DNA from: Bugula neritina
Taxonomy: Eukaryota > Animalia > Bryozoa
Direction: 5' to 3'
Assembly (NCBI GenBank): GCA_964035545.1
Contig: OZ037768.1
Coordinates: forward strand, 22,105,319 to 22,169,318
Length of the DNA: 64,000 bases
Below are positions 16,083 to 29,500 of this stretch, one piece after another; the stretch's first letter is position 1; every line of letters begins with the position of its first letter. Under the pieces are notes generated by a model. That model did no database searches, was not told where the DNA came from, and saw only the letters and a list, made by a program, of their open reading frames with translations. The position numbers and the translations under genes are program-made.

Positions 16083-19000
16083 CTATTTATGTCTGTGTTT
16101 AATATTGTGAGGGTTAGAGCGTTGTAACAGAGTGTCTGGTTGGTCCGTGAGTTTTGGGTCATCATATACTGTAGAAATGATTGGCTCATCTGCTCGCCTT
16201 TTTCTGCGTTCTGCACTTACATAACGCATAACTTTCTCTCCATAAAATCTAAAGAACCAATATTATAAGAAATAAGATTAGAGGTCACATTGCGTTGGGG
16301 GAACAACTACAGAATTTATTATATTTCAATATACAAGTCCTTGAATCTATGGTGAGTTGGAAATGAAACAATTCCAGTAACCATTATCAGTATACATAGA
16401 GTAACACATGAGCATATAGCAGATAAAATGAGGGAAATGAATAAAATAACTGTGAGCTGTATAAACTGGTAAAAAACGAAGGGTTTGTGATCACACAAAA
16501 AACTTTTCAGGAATTACAAAAAGAAATTCAAGCATTACTTCTAGAAATTGACATATGATATCCTTCCATTGATATATTTATTATATATATCTTTATTATT
16601 CATCATTATTACTGTTTAGAAGTTATTCTCAAAGCAATTTTGAAAAGCCTAACTAAAAATCTGTAAAAAATGTAATTTACTGCTTTCAACTTCAGCTGCA
16701 CAGTTCCCCGAGCATGAATAGACTGAATTCTCACCCAAAGCCGGACTTATCACGGGGATGCTGACCATCCGTATCGATAATATGAGCTCTGCCATGCTCT
16801 GCTCTACCAACACCTTGTCCCTCCTTCCAGCCATGCTTTTCCAACACTGTTCGACCAACACCCTTTATAACATATGCAGCACCGCATGCAATATCCTATA
16901 TATACTCTGTTACTAATATTCCTTCAAAAACAAAGCAATGAATTTAAATTTACAAAGTATTATGGTCATTTTAGCACATATTCCAAAAAAATATTTACTA
17001 GAGTCATAATGGTAGAGATAAATAATGTCCTTTAAAACATCAGCAATATAACATGCAATATCCTATATATACTTGATTACTGGTATTCTTTTTAAAAACC
17101 AATTGATGAACTTATCAAAAATTATTGTAGTTATATTGGAACACTATCATCATAATGGGATGGATTCCCATCAAACTCCTCAGGAGCTATGAAAGTGTGA
17201 CATGGCACATAGGACAGCTATTCTGGTGGATTCTTCAATGGTGATGTCAGGAAGAGCAAACTATTTTGTTTAAAATTTTTCTCCGGATCCATTTTTATAG
17301 AAAAGTCATTATGGATAAAAAATCAACCAATGGTAGCCCACGAACCTTGGTATGTTTCTCAAAAGATCCAATTGGCTTGTCAAAGGCAGATATTTCTTCC
17401 AGCCGAGCCAAGTCTCCTCGCAGCCGATCTTCCGCTCTCATTTTTATATAATCTCGGGCATCTTTATCACCGGATCCACTTTCTTCATATTCATTCATGT
17501 CCACATCCCAGTCATCAGCTGTTTGTTCATCAAAGTCTGCAAAACCAGTCTATAATATGAGTCTATAATATCAGTCTATAATACCAGTCTATAATATGAG
17601 TCTATAATATAAGACTGAAATATCAGTCTATAAAACCAGTCTACAAAACGATTCCATAATATCAATCTACAATATTAGCATAACACAAAGTCATTGTAGG
17701 CAGTGTAGACAAGTAAGCAGTGACACATCATGCTATAATGCAGAGTGCACAATCAGTGCTTGTATTCTAAATTTAGCTGCAGTATCAACTTATATTATTG
17801 CACTATAAATGTGTAAATCTTAAAATACATAAAGCCTCAGTCCCTTGAAATAGGGATGAGAAACAGCATTACATCAAAGTATTACTACGATATACTAAAC
17901 AGGCTGCAAAACAATTTCAAAGTTTCACAACTAGACAGACCTCCTTCCAGCTGTTTCCAGTACTGAGCGTCTGTATAGAAGACAAGGCCAGAACCTCCTT
18001 TCTCCCACTTCAGTTCTATCTTCTCCTCAAATAGCCTCTCCTTATTCCTCTCAATATTTGCCGGGTCATCGTAGAACGCTTCGTGCCTGTCCCACTCTTC
18101 TGTTTCACCATCAGATTCCTAGCCAATAGAAACACTGTGACATCACTTCCACTTTGGCTATTCAGTTTGATTATAGTGGGTAACCAAGTAACTGCGGTGA
18201 AATCAGCTTCACATACCCAATTCAGTGAGATGAAAAGATAAAAGCCTTGAACTTCGAACTAAACAACTACAGGAGGATGAAAATGTTTTAGTACACTGAC
18301 ATAATACATATATAAATGAATAGCTTGGTAACAAAAAGTGTGTTGATTCATTTTTCTCAAATGTAGACCAACTAGCGAATATTACACTAAAGATACAGAC
18401 ATGCATCATTCAGAAGAATTTTATTAGATGGATTTAAAGCATCCTTCTCAATAAATAGAGAAACTCTCAATTAGAAAATAGTACAGAACTCAAATATCTT
18501 GAAAGACCAATAATATGCCAATAGCACTTTGTCTGTTATACCCTCGACTACAATACACTGTAGATACATATATCTCATGTATATATATCACTGTATGTAA
18601 TGATGTACTTTACACAAAGCAGAAAGTAGATTAGAAGAATATATATATTGAATTTGGTACTTAATCTGTAAACAGAGGCTGCTTCAGGGTTTATCCCCTC
18701 CTCAGCACAGAATAGTGGCCCACATCTTGGCAGTAGCAAATCTATCATTTTTCCCAAACCATATTTAAAAGGTGTGTGAGCACAACTGCACAAGTAACTC
18801 TAGCAGTAATGAGCTTTGCATAATGCTAGCAGCTTGAGTTCATGGTTGGAGTATAAACACAGAATTACATTAAATTAATTATATAATTCACAGCACTGAC
18901 TGCAATTGACCCTTTTTGTGCACCAAAAGAACATTCAAGAGAATTCCAGTAATAAAGACTAGCATGATAGCACACAACATTGCATAAATGTAAACAACCA

Positions 19001-21456
19001 AACATGACTATTAATTAACAAAGTCACACACAGTTTCAGCTAACATAGAATAACAGTGTTTGCAGTTTAAAAAATCTGAGCGTTTCATTGAAAGTTTCAA
19101 AATTACAAAAAAATGAAATACTTTTAAATTTAATTTCTCACATGACTAGTTGAGGGTTGATCTGCATCCATCAACTTCCTGTGTGGTTTGTTTCTCTCCT
19201 CGTTCAGTTTCATACGTCTGCGTAAATTTCTCTCCACAATGTACTCTTCATGGTCTAAAATCTTGTGCTTGAGACCAGTCAAGCCGAATCCAGAGTGTGT
19301 GTTCCCTTCACTCTTTGATGATGAAGTCTGTAAAGAGTGGCGCACATACATGTGACTGTTAGTCTTCTGCACACATCAAAGTATTGCACTTCTTATACTA
19401 AATTGCAAAATAAAGTTTATGCAGAAAAGACAACTTCTTGTTCTATTATCAGGAAAAATTTAAAAACTCAAAAGTGTTAGTGAAAACAAATTATCTTAAA
19501 ATTGTCTTAAATTGTAAAAGAAAGTTTATTCAGAAAACATAACTCCTTGTTCTATTATCAGACAACGCCTAAGAACTTAGAGTACTAGTGAGAGCAAGAT
19601 TTTAATTTCAAAACATCAAACAAAATTATCAAAGCATATTTGTCGTGTAAAAGAGAAATACTATTTATTTACCTTCTTTTCATCGCCATAGTCATATGGT
19701 ACTGTGCTGTAAAACCTTCCTCCTTCTTTTTTGAATGAAAGACCCAACTTTTTGACAACTACCGGAGGTAGTCTGCATGAGTTGATGAGATCCAGAAAGT
19801 GCTTTGTTGGTGTGCCAATATTCCCCTGTGCAAACATAGGCATGCGCATAATAAAAATCTACACAAAAACAGACTATTTTCAACAACTTTATTCGAGTAA
19901 TTATTATGCTTTGACTGCAATGCATAACCAGCCTCCAACTACACAGCAATACTTCTTGTCGGCAACAAAAATGAAACCTTTACAAACAGCAGCCTGTAAA
20001 CACAAACTTGAGGCATAATATCTGGTGGATTCATTTCTTTGAACTCCATTATGTCTTTATAGGACATGTACATCTTTCCATCGGGTATTTTATCAGTGTA
20101 TTTGTCTCTAGTTAAGGTATACTGAGGAGATAGCGTGCAAGAGGGAGTTGTGTCATCATCTGAAACAGCACTTGGCATTTAGTGTTCATAAAATACTAAA
20201 GTATTACTACTAAATCAGCTGTAGCACATAGGTATAGACTTGCTGATTTTCATTTAGCATTAGTTTTGATGTAAATTTTAATATACAAACTGCCTGTTCA
20301 TGAAAAAAATTAAGCGAAAAACAGCAAGCCAAAATTTAAGAATCTAAATTCAAATCTACTATTTTGCACCCAAAATAAATCTTAAATAGTTTTTTCCACA
20401 ATTGCTATTCAGAAGATAAGTTTTTTGCAAGTACGCATAGAAATTATTATGAATCACAAATAATAATATATAGCATAAAACTTATTTAGATACTAAGAAA
20501 TTATGAGGCAGTGGTTACCTAAAATGCAGTATATTGGATATATGAAACATTGGGTTGGATGGTTATTTCCAAGTTCATCCCTCCAATGGTGTAGGTGATA
20601 CGCTGAGTTGAGTCTGTTGTAACTGCTGACTTGACACAAAGCAATGCAACAGCATGATAAGTTACTTTTTTGGTGAGGAGCTTCGTTTAAATTATCATTT
20701 AACTGACCTAAAATATTTATAAAAAAACAAAACTTGTATATAATTTTGAGAAAACAAAATTATAATGGTATATTTAAAATCACTATCACGAAATTGAACT
20801 TATTTACAACAGAGAAAAACAACAATGCATTATTTTATATTTAACTTTTGAGTAAAACTAAAAAATAGAGATGAAACTTATGTCTCAACAAACATACTAA
20901 GACCAATATGAATACTGATACGAGCCATGGGCAATGGCTGTGTGGTGCTATGAGTAGGTACCCACTACAGAAACAATGATTGCATTATAACATAGTAGCA
21001 TTGGCACTATCATTAAGACTGCACTGACTAGCTAGAATAGCTAAAATAGGCAATTTTCAAATGGAACAACGGCAACGGATGTGAATACTTACTTTCGCTC
21101 TGACTCTCATTATGATTATTACTATTACTATTAGTATTACTGTGACATTCATTTTGGGATCTAGAAGTTGAAGGACTTTCACTCAGGAACGTACAGCCAT
21201 TGTGACCTTTAGCTTCATCTTGACGTTGATACTTAACATTTTTGTGCATAGGTCGATGTCGATAATGAAACATTTTAAATTCAAAATTTTCAAGAAGCTC
21301 ATGAAAAAAGTTTCTTAGGGTGATTGAGTGATATTTAAACGGTATATTAAATATCATAATGAAAACATATGCACTATCTGTTTTGTTTTGACTTTCTTCC
21401 AGTTTTTCCCTTTGAAGTTTATCCATTTGATTGTATTTTAAATTTATATTATTCAT
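16083..21456 (-). CDS. GPATCH3: G-patch domain-containing protein 3 homolog (~568 aa)
   Basis: Exons 21093-21456, 20519-20707, 20008-20159, 19673-19825, 19142-19327 (alternative acceptor 19366), 17941-18118, 17346-17536, 16735-16862 and 16083-16248 are phase-consistent. Family motifs FHYRHRP, MPQGNIGTP, IELKWEKGGSGLVFYTDAQYW, DFDEQTADDWDVDM, and G-patch GVGRTVLEKHGWKEGQGVG. Start ATG could instead be 21426. Confidence 0.92.
17546..17670. repeat. 14-bp tandem repeat (ccagtctataatat-like) abutting the GPATCH3 exon-7 acceptor
   Basis: About 9 degenerate agtctataata units starting ~10 nt from the acceptor at 17537. Confidence 0.85.
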
Positions 21457-23552
21457 AAAAATTTATAAAATAAAATCTTCAAGTTCATCTAAGTCTTAAA
21501 CTTGAAGTTAATCTACTATTACTCAGTATTAGTATTAGTATTTAATTTTATATTACCAATATTAAATGTAGATAATTTATAGCTATTCCTTATATTGCTA
21601 TTTCAACTAGTGCTACAATTTATTTCACTACTTTTACTATTACAAGTTACTTATTCATCAACGAATTAATACGAATCTGGGAGTATTTAACTCGCACAAC
21701 ACATCAAAATGATCGCTCTCATCTTAGCTCGTACTCCATTAGCCTTGACCTTAGCTCAAAACATTGACTAAAGTGCTTCTTTATGATCACCTGCATATTA
21801 TGGAAAGCATAAAGAAGACAAATCTTTAATGTAGGGCATATAACTATTTCATGTTTTCCTCTGCATTTTTTAAGAAGTATTGATTCAACTAAACAGTGTT
21901 TTGTGCTGTATTTCCATCTGCAATAAGCCCTATTCATAGCATAGTCTGTCAACAAGTAAAATATCACTTTCTCTAGCCATTCATGTGCCCAAGCATACAA
22001 AAATTGCCTTTTGAAGACCGAAATAATTGTTATATCATAGCTTCTATGATATCAAATTTATTTTGCTGATGGTTTTTCTCTGCATTACATTTTTTAAGAA
22101 GTATTGATTCAACTAAACAGTGCTTTGTATAGCATAATCAGAACACCAAAAGCTGATTACCATTTGCGAATATTAAGCCATGTTTAACATCACACTGATA
22201 ATTTTAAGCAAAACAATAATTTGGAAATTTGGAACAAACTCAATTGTATTATATTTTTGTACATTAAGTACTAACTAAAAACAAATACAACATTATTAAC
22301 CCCTATGCAAGATTTTCTTCAAGGCTAAATTGTAAGTATAGAAGGATTTTAATTTATAATTGCTGAAAGAATTACATCAAATACATTCTATTGACGGACA
22401 ATTAAGAAAGATTTTTCTAAAAATATTCGACATTTTTGCAGTCTAAATATATAAGAAAATCAACAAAAAGAATTACAATAAAAACAAATGCTTTTACAAG
22501 GTCTATAGGAATTAGCTAATTAATAGAGAAGATATTGACATTGGATGATTCATATTAGTACAAATCTAAAGCTTTAATCATAGCCTTGGTTCCACATGTT
22601 AATATATCCAGAGCTCATATGGATGTTATAACACTATTACAAAAAATTTCACATACAAATCAACAATAATGTCACACAAAAAACAAAGATTCTTAGCCAG
22701 CAAGAACAATGTTAATTGAACATAATGTGATGAAATACATATATAGAAAGTATATATATACAAAGATCATACAGTCACCATAATGTTAACATAGAGAAAC
22801 ATAGTGACGTTGACAACATTATTGAAGAAAGTAAAGTGGTGAATATTCTAATTATCCTGGAAATTCCGTTTGGAGCAAAGATGACTTAAAGTTAAGGTCA
22901 ATCATTTCGACCAATTAGCATGTGAGATTTAAAAGATAGAAGAAATATAACATACATAAATAAAATATATCAGTTATAATGAATATAATAATAAAATTAT
23001 ATTATACTGGATACTATAATAGTCTATGCTACATCTTGTACAGGCAACAGTAACACAGTTGACTTTAGATCGCCCGCTTAGCCTTGTAACTAAACAGTCA
23101 CGGACACTAGCCTAGGTACTGAGGCTATCACTTATCAGTCATAAACTTATATAAAATTAAAACAATATGAAATCATTGTGAAAAAGCCTTTTTTTATTCA
23201 CAACAGAAAGGAGTGTCATACATTGTGTAATATTCCATGGTCGCTGTGTGCAAGTTACTTCAAAGCCTAATGTAAGTCCATTTGCACAAATGTGAGGCCA
23301 AAGCAGGAAAATGAGTAAAAGTTTGTATGTGAAAGTCATCCGTAATAAATAGTATGAAGTTGACTAGATAGCATCTGTATAGCATATGTCTGTGTGTCCG
23401 TGTATGTGTGCGTAATAAACCGTCAATCATTTTCATTGTACCTGACTTGTCTATTTGTGATTACAACACGCCACGGAAAAGGAAGAAGTGGTTGCCGTGG
23501 AGTATTGTCAACAACTCTCCCTCACACCACCCCACTGGTCACAATCAGAGAG

Positions 23553-26500
23553 CTATGAACAGCTGCCGAGAGGGCGGCTGTCGCCAAAATTAGCTCCAAT
23601 CATTCGACTAGCCTTTTTATTTATAGTCGACAGTATTTGGGTCGACTTCTGAAACCCGTAGACTATCTCGTCCTTCCACTGGGACAGGAGAATACGATCC
23701 TGGGAATAAATTATTCACATGCATATACTTACTGAGCTTGTTTATACACACTTTTATCCAGCACAATGCTAACATGAAAATAATCAGTTTGAAAAAATTT
23801 GAATAACTTAGCAGAGCAGAGAATAAAACAGATTGCAGTAAGTAAGGGACAGAGAAAGGGGCAGGAGAAGGGTAGAGGGAGAGAAGGGTAGAGGAACAGG
23901 GTAGAGCGAGAGGAGAGTAGAGAGAGAAAGCTAGAGGGAGAGAAGGGTAGAGAGAGGAGGGTGGAGGGAGGGTAGAACGAGAAGGGTAGAGAGGGGAGCA
24001 GAGAGAGGAGGGTAGAGAGAGAGAGGAGGGTAGAGGGAGAAGGGAGTATAGAGAGAGGAGGGTAGAGAAAGGAGGGTAGAAAGAGGAAGGGAGGGTAGAG
24101 AGAGAAGGGTAGAGAGAGAAGGGTAGAGAGAGAGAAGGGTAGAGAGAGGAGAGTAGGGAGAGAGAAGGGTAGAGAAGAGAGTAGAGCGAGAAGGGTAGAG
24201 AGAGAGAGGGTAGAGAGAGGGGGGGGGGTAGAGGGAGAAGGGAGTATAGAGAGAGGAGGGTAGAGAAAGGAGGGTAGAGAGAGGAGGACAAAGAAAGGAG
24301 GGTAGAGAGAGTAAGAAAAGCCAGTACTTACAGGAGATGTTATGTGTATCCTCTGGTCGTTGTCTTTAAGGTGTATTAATATACAGTCCACTTTGTTCAT
24401 CTTTTGAAGCTCCGGCCACACTTGTTTAATCTCCATCATAGATATTAACTACAAATACGCCAACACTCAGCCTGAACTCAACCGATTTCTGCTTTCCAAC
24501 TCATGTTAGCAGAAGTAAATAGCGACACTCATGTATCAATATAAAACTATATGGTGCATAGGAAATTAAACGACTGCAACACTATCCTATTGATGCTCCC
24601 AGAAAAGTAACTAATAGAGAGAGTAAAACCGCCCAGGCTGCAAATATCTCCGATAGGAGTACACAACAGTGTGAGAATTACAGTATACAGTGTATTAATT
24701 ACAAGCTTACAGAACTACATGTATATAACAGGGGAATTATCTGGAGTGCCAACAATGTGGCCACCAGACCACATGGTCATGGAGATGACTCATTCAGGAT
24801 GAGGTAATGGTTCGTGGCAAAAGACAACCACCTGAATACAATATCAGCAATATGGAATATCGGAACCTGCACCCACCTCCACTCCAGTTTTCCGAATTAT
24901 TTGACCATCTTTTTTCGGGTAAAACTCAAGCCTGTTTGGAAAAAGTTTGAGATGAGTTTTCTGCCACGTCTGCTGCATAAAGGAGTTACCGAGTCTGGAA
25001 ACTTCTCCTTCCACTATGCAGTCTGTCTGTCCATCTGTCAACAAATATATCGTGAGCGACTCACTACTAGTACTAGTGAATACACAGTGACTCACTACTA
25101 GTACTAGTGAATACCCAGTTACTTACCATTAGTACTACTGAATACAAAGTGACTCACTACTAGTACTACAGAATGCACAGTGACTCACTACTAGTACTAG
25201 TGAATACACAGTGACTCACTACTAGTACTAGTGAATAGACAGTGACTCACCTGTTGTGATGAGATCATCAGGGTAAAATTTCTTTCTCTTGTCTGTGTCA
25301 CTATTAATAGCGTCGAACACAGTCTCCGTTACTTCTTGTTGCCATCGCTCAGACACGACCATATTGAAGTCTTTATACTGCTCTTGATCTTGGTCCGTCA
25401 GCTACGTCAACCATTATAAACTCTCACAACTAACTAGCAGGTAGGCATTGTATTTCCAAATTTGTGAAAAGACTAGTTTAAACCAAAATACTGACCGGTA
25501 ATTAAAAAGCCGAAAAAGTCAGTTAGAAAATTATGTTTTAAACAACGTGCAGCAATATAACTTCAACAGGAACTACCCACAAAATAATCATCTTGAGAAG
25601 TCTTTAACAACTTTAAATTTAAAGAAGTTTTGCAATTTTTAGCTGCAAACTGATAAAAACACAAGGGAAAAAAATCTTGATTTATCCATACACTACAAAT
25701 CAATATCAAATAACACACCCTCGACATAAATTAACTATAGGAGAGCTACTTCTGATCAACTTGAAATATTTACACAGATTTAATTGGCTTAATATTTTCA
25801 ACAAAAACGCATACTATATTTCGTATCACATCAGATGTAAATAAATACACAAACACAATACAAATTTCAAGGATTCTATTGATGATATGAAAAGGGAGCT
25901 ATACATGATGTAAGTTGCTGTCAGCACGACAAGGTGTTCCTATTGATTAGATTATGATTTCACACCACATTGCAAAGATTACGCCTTCTACACTGTATGC
26001 ACGTACGTGTATGGTAACTAATATAACCACAGCCCAAGCTGAATAATAAAGATTCGCAGGAATTTGACCAAAACTCAAGTTCTAAAGCTCTAAAACTCAC
26101 CAAATACGAGATTCTAAAAATTCATTCAAAACTAATATATAGCAAACGACATGAACAGTGGTAACATAGAGCATAGTCATGGATATGAAGAGGACACACT
26201 GCTAGTTTTGCTGCGAGACACCCACCTTGATGCCTTTTGTGTCCTCTTCGTCAAAAGAGCCAATCTCGAAAGCATCAGCTGCGTTTACTTCGCCCCTGGG
26301 GGGTATTATCGGAGGGGGATATTTCTGCAAGTAAACTAGTTGCCAGTCGGTGCCTTCAAAGAACGAGTGCTCCTTGATTTCATTAGCACTAAAATATATG
26401 AAATTCCAACTTAATATTTCAAACTAACGTATTACATTAGTAAGAAAGGGAGTAGCTGTGGTCTAGGGGTTAGAGCGTTGGCTTAGCAAACATGAAGTCA

Positions 26501-29500
26501 TGGGTTCGAACCCAGAAAAGGCATTGGTGATGTTAGGAAGAGCGTCCAGTCATAATTGCTTCTGTGTTACATATGAATAAGTCCTTAGCCCACATAAGAA
26601 AAACCTTTCCATCCATTTCTCACATAACAACCATTAAAACAGTAAGATGCACGTACGAATACATATTTTCATTTTCAAACAAACTTTAAGAGACGGTTTA
26701 CGTTGCTGCTCCAAAGAGAAAACAACTTACCCTCGACCCCGGCAGCCGAGTCTCGAATTTACTTCTCGAGTCAGCAGTCCTCCTAACAGACTCTTCATGC
26801 CGTCCGACAGCTGTTCCGGCAGCTCAACATCCTGTATTACACAATGAGATACAATGTGAAACACAATGGCTGTATACTTCAGCATGATGGAGTGTTGATA
26901 ACAACACAAGAGCCGGTTAGTACGTCCAAGTAAATAGTTGAAGAGAGCATTCACAGACCCAGTGGGTGTGAGTACACAATGTCGAGTGTGAAGATAGAGC
27001 AAGCAATGCTAACTATACAACGTGGAGTATATTTTCTGTAATATATATACTAGCTATCTCTACAACTGATACAATTATATGTTCTTCAACATCAAGTGTA
27101 TAAACTGTGCCAGAAGCAGAAAAACTAAAACACAGTTTCCTTCTGGTTTGTCATTGGTCGAGAGTTGGTGACCTAAAAGGAAGTGTCGGTGCACGGAGCA
27201 GTGCTGGAACAAAATACACTAAAAATACAAATTATGATTAAAACAGTACCTATAGAGATTATATTCAACAGTTAAAATAATAGTCAATAGTACGCAGTGT
27301 TAGTGACACGACTACCAGTGAGTGAACGTAACTATTAGTACGTACCTCTAGTGGATCTGAAAACTGCCAGAAAAGTATAAAAAAAATATTGAGTTCAAGC
27401 AAGAACAATGGCCGACAAAAAAGAATGACATCACCTCACATCAAATTAACAGCGTTTATATTAGGTGCTCAACTGTTGCATTGATTCGAATTGGAGAGGT
27501 TGAACCTACATGTTTTCTTAGAGCATTAATACAAAGCAGATATTAACAACAAGGACATAATATCCTCGAACAAGACAGCACTATGCGTGATGTAGCACAA
27601 GACACATACTCCTGAATTAGAACTTGTAAGGTATATCAAAGAATCAGAGAAATGGTGTGCACATGACGTAGGTGACGTAATGGAAAAATTGAGAAAAGCC
27701 TGTGTGCTAGATTAGACATGTAAAATGTGGCATAAGAAGTTATGTTCTTGTGAGAATTTCAACCCGCGCCCCAAATCAAAATTCAATAACAAAATTAAAA
27801 ACCTTAGGCTATCTCAATTTCTCCACAACTGCTCTCAAATGGTGAACATAACCTAGGTGTGAACATGACGAAGGTGTGTACATGGCGAAGGCGTGAACAT
27901 GACGAAGGCATGAAGGTGGGAATACACTTACAGAAGTCATGGTCATTCTGTCAATCTCATGCTTGTCTTTAGTCTTGTGGTGCCTGAAGGGACTGTGACC
28001 CTTAAGGAGTTTGTAGAGCATACAGCCGAAGGAGAACCAGTCCGCACTAGAGTCGTACGCCTGGCCCTTAGCAAGCACCTCAGGGGCCATATAGCCGTGT
28101 GTACCCCTGCAGCACACAAACAATAATAATATTAAAAGTTTTCGACCATCCAAAAGTTTTTTTATCTCTCAAGAGCTCGAAATTGTTATGACCATAAAAT
28201 ACAGTCAGTCCATGATACTGAAAGGGCAAAAGTGCCCAATGAACAGCTTTATAAGGTTCAATGATGCCTTTTTGTCTTTTCCAACAGATAGATATATTTT
28301 ATAGAATACAGATTACCACGTCAAAATCACGAGCTATACGAAGTGCAAATGAGAATGTCAATTAATAATATATGCACACATATACAAGAATGCATACGAA
28401 ACACAGTTCATATTATTTACATGCACAAAAATTATATTGGAAGATGCTACACCTCTTACGACCTAAACAAATGTATAGCAGGTTTATGTCTAGTCAACTG
28501 TAGAAAGGAAGATATTAAACACGTACACACTTGCGTGAGGCTTTTTCTTGGAGAAGTCGTGAGCTAGGCCCAGGTCTGATATCCTAACGTGTCCATTCTC
28601 ATCTAGCAAAATGTTTGCTGGCTACAAAACAAGTAAAGTACTTTATCGCCACAAGATACGGCGCTGTGCACTTTAACTACCAGCTAATTATGTCACAACA
28701 TATCATGCTATTAATACCCATGAGCTAATAGAAACGCCAACCTTTAAATCCCGGTACACGATATTTCGACTATGCATATGTTCTAGACCGAGGGCCACTT
28801 CTGACGCATAGAACCGGGCCTGCGCTTCGTCAAATAGCCCGTGCTGAGATAAATGATAGTGCAGATCTCCACCGTTCATCAAATCCAGTATGAAGCACAG
28901 CTTCTCCGGGGTTTGAAACGCATACGTCATACAGACGATGAAGGGGCAACCCTCCTGCAAACAACATGGACGCATTGAGCTCTCCTACTTTAAACTCTCT
29001 TGATGTTCACTTCATGACTAGACCTCAATAGAGGGTGGTGACATCACCAGCTAGAAACTTACAACTTGAACGAAAACACGCGGATTATGTGAAGATAATT
29101 AAAAACCATTACAGTATAAAATCTTTCAACTTTTACTACAATTCAAAGTTGTCCTCTCTTGAAAAACAAGAAAACACAACTAAATATCAGACAATAAACA
29201 TTACAAAGCAGGGAGGAAACAAAGTTACGATGCTCTCTAGCCGCAGGGTAGTTGGGAGGAAATTCCTTGTAACCTCCAGCTGAAAGAAACTAATTGAAAT
29301 TCTGCTCCGGGAATTGAGACCCAATCGGCTGAGAAATGGCAGGTCTTTCATTTCAATGAAAAAAATCAAGCCTAAGTCTAAGTTAAATCAATCAGACTTG
29401 ATGTGGGGCTTCCTGTGATGTTTCACACCATTTCTACAGCGTACATGGTTGTGGCAGCGAGGCTATTTATATCTATAGCTACAGAAACATCCTAAAGGTC

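Noticed and set aside
17546-17670. Repeat initially thought to contain the GPATCH3 exon-7 acceptor
   Set aside because: Protein homology (EG-DFDEQTADDW) places the real acceptor at 17537-17538; the repeat is adjacent, not junction-spanning.
21864-22122. 35-bp exact direct repeat (21864-21898 and 22088-22122) as LTR or TSD
   Set aside because: Too short for LTRs and too long for a TSD, with no internal element features; a simple local duplication.
23617-24439. 224- and 236-aa L/S/P-rich ORFs
   Set aside because: Read-through of real GRK2 exons into a purine/pyrimidine minisatellite intron.
26448-26520. Possible tRNA gene
   Set aside because: A and B boxes are present but there is no acceptor-stem pairing, and homology continues into a shared non-tRNA body, so it is a SINE.
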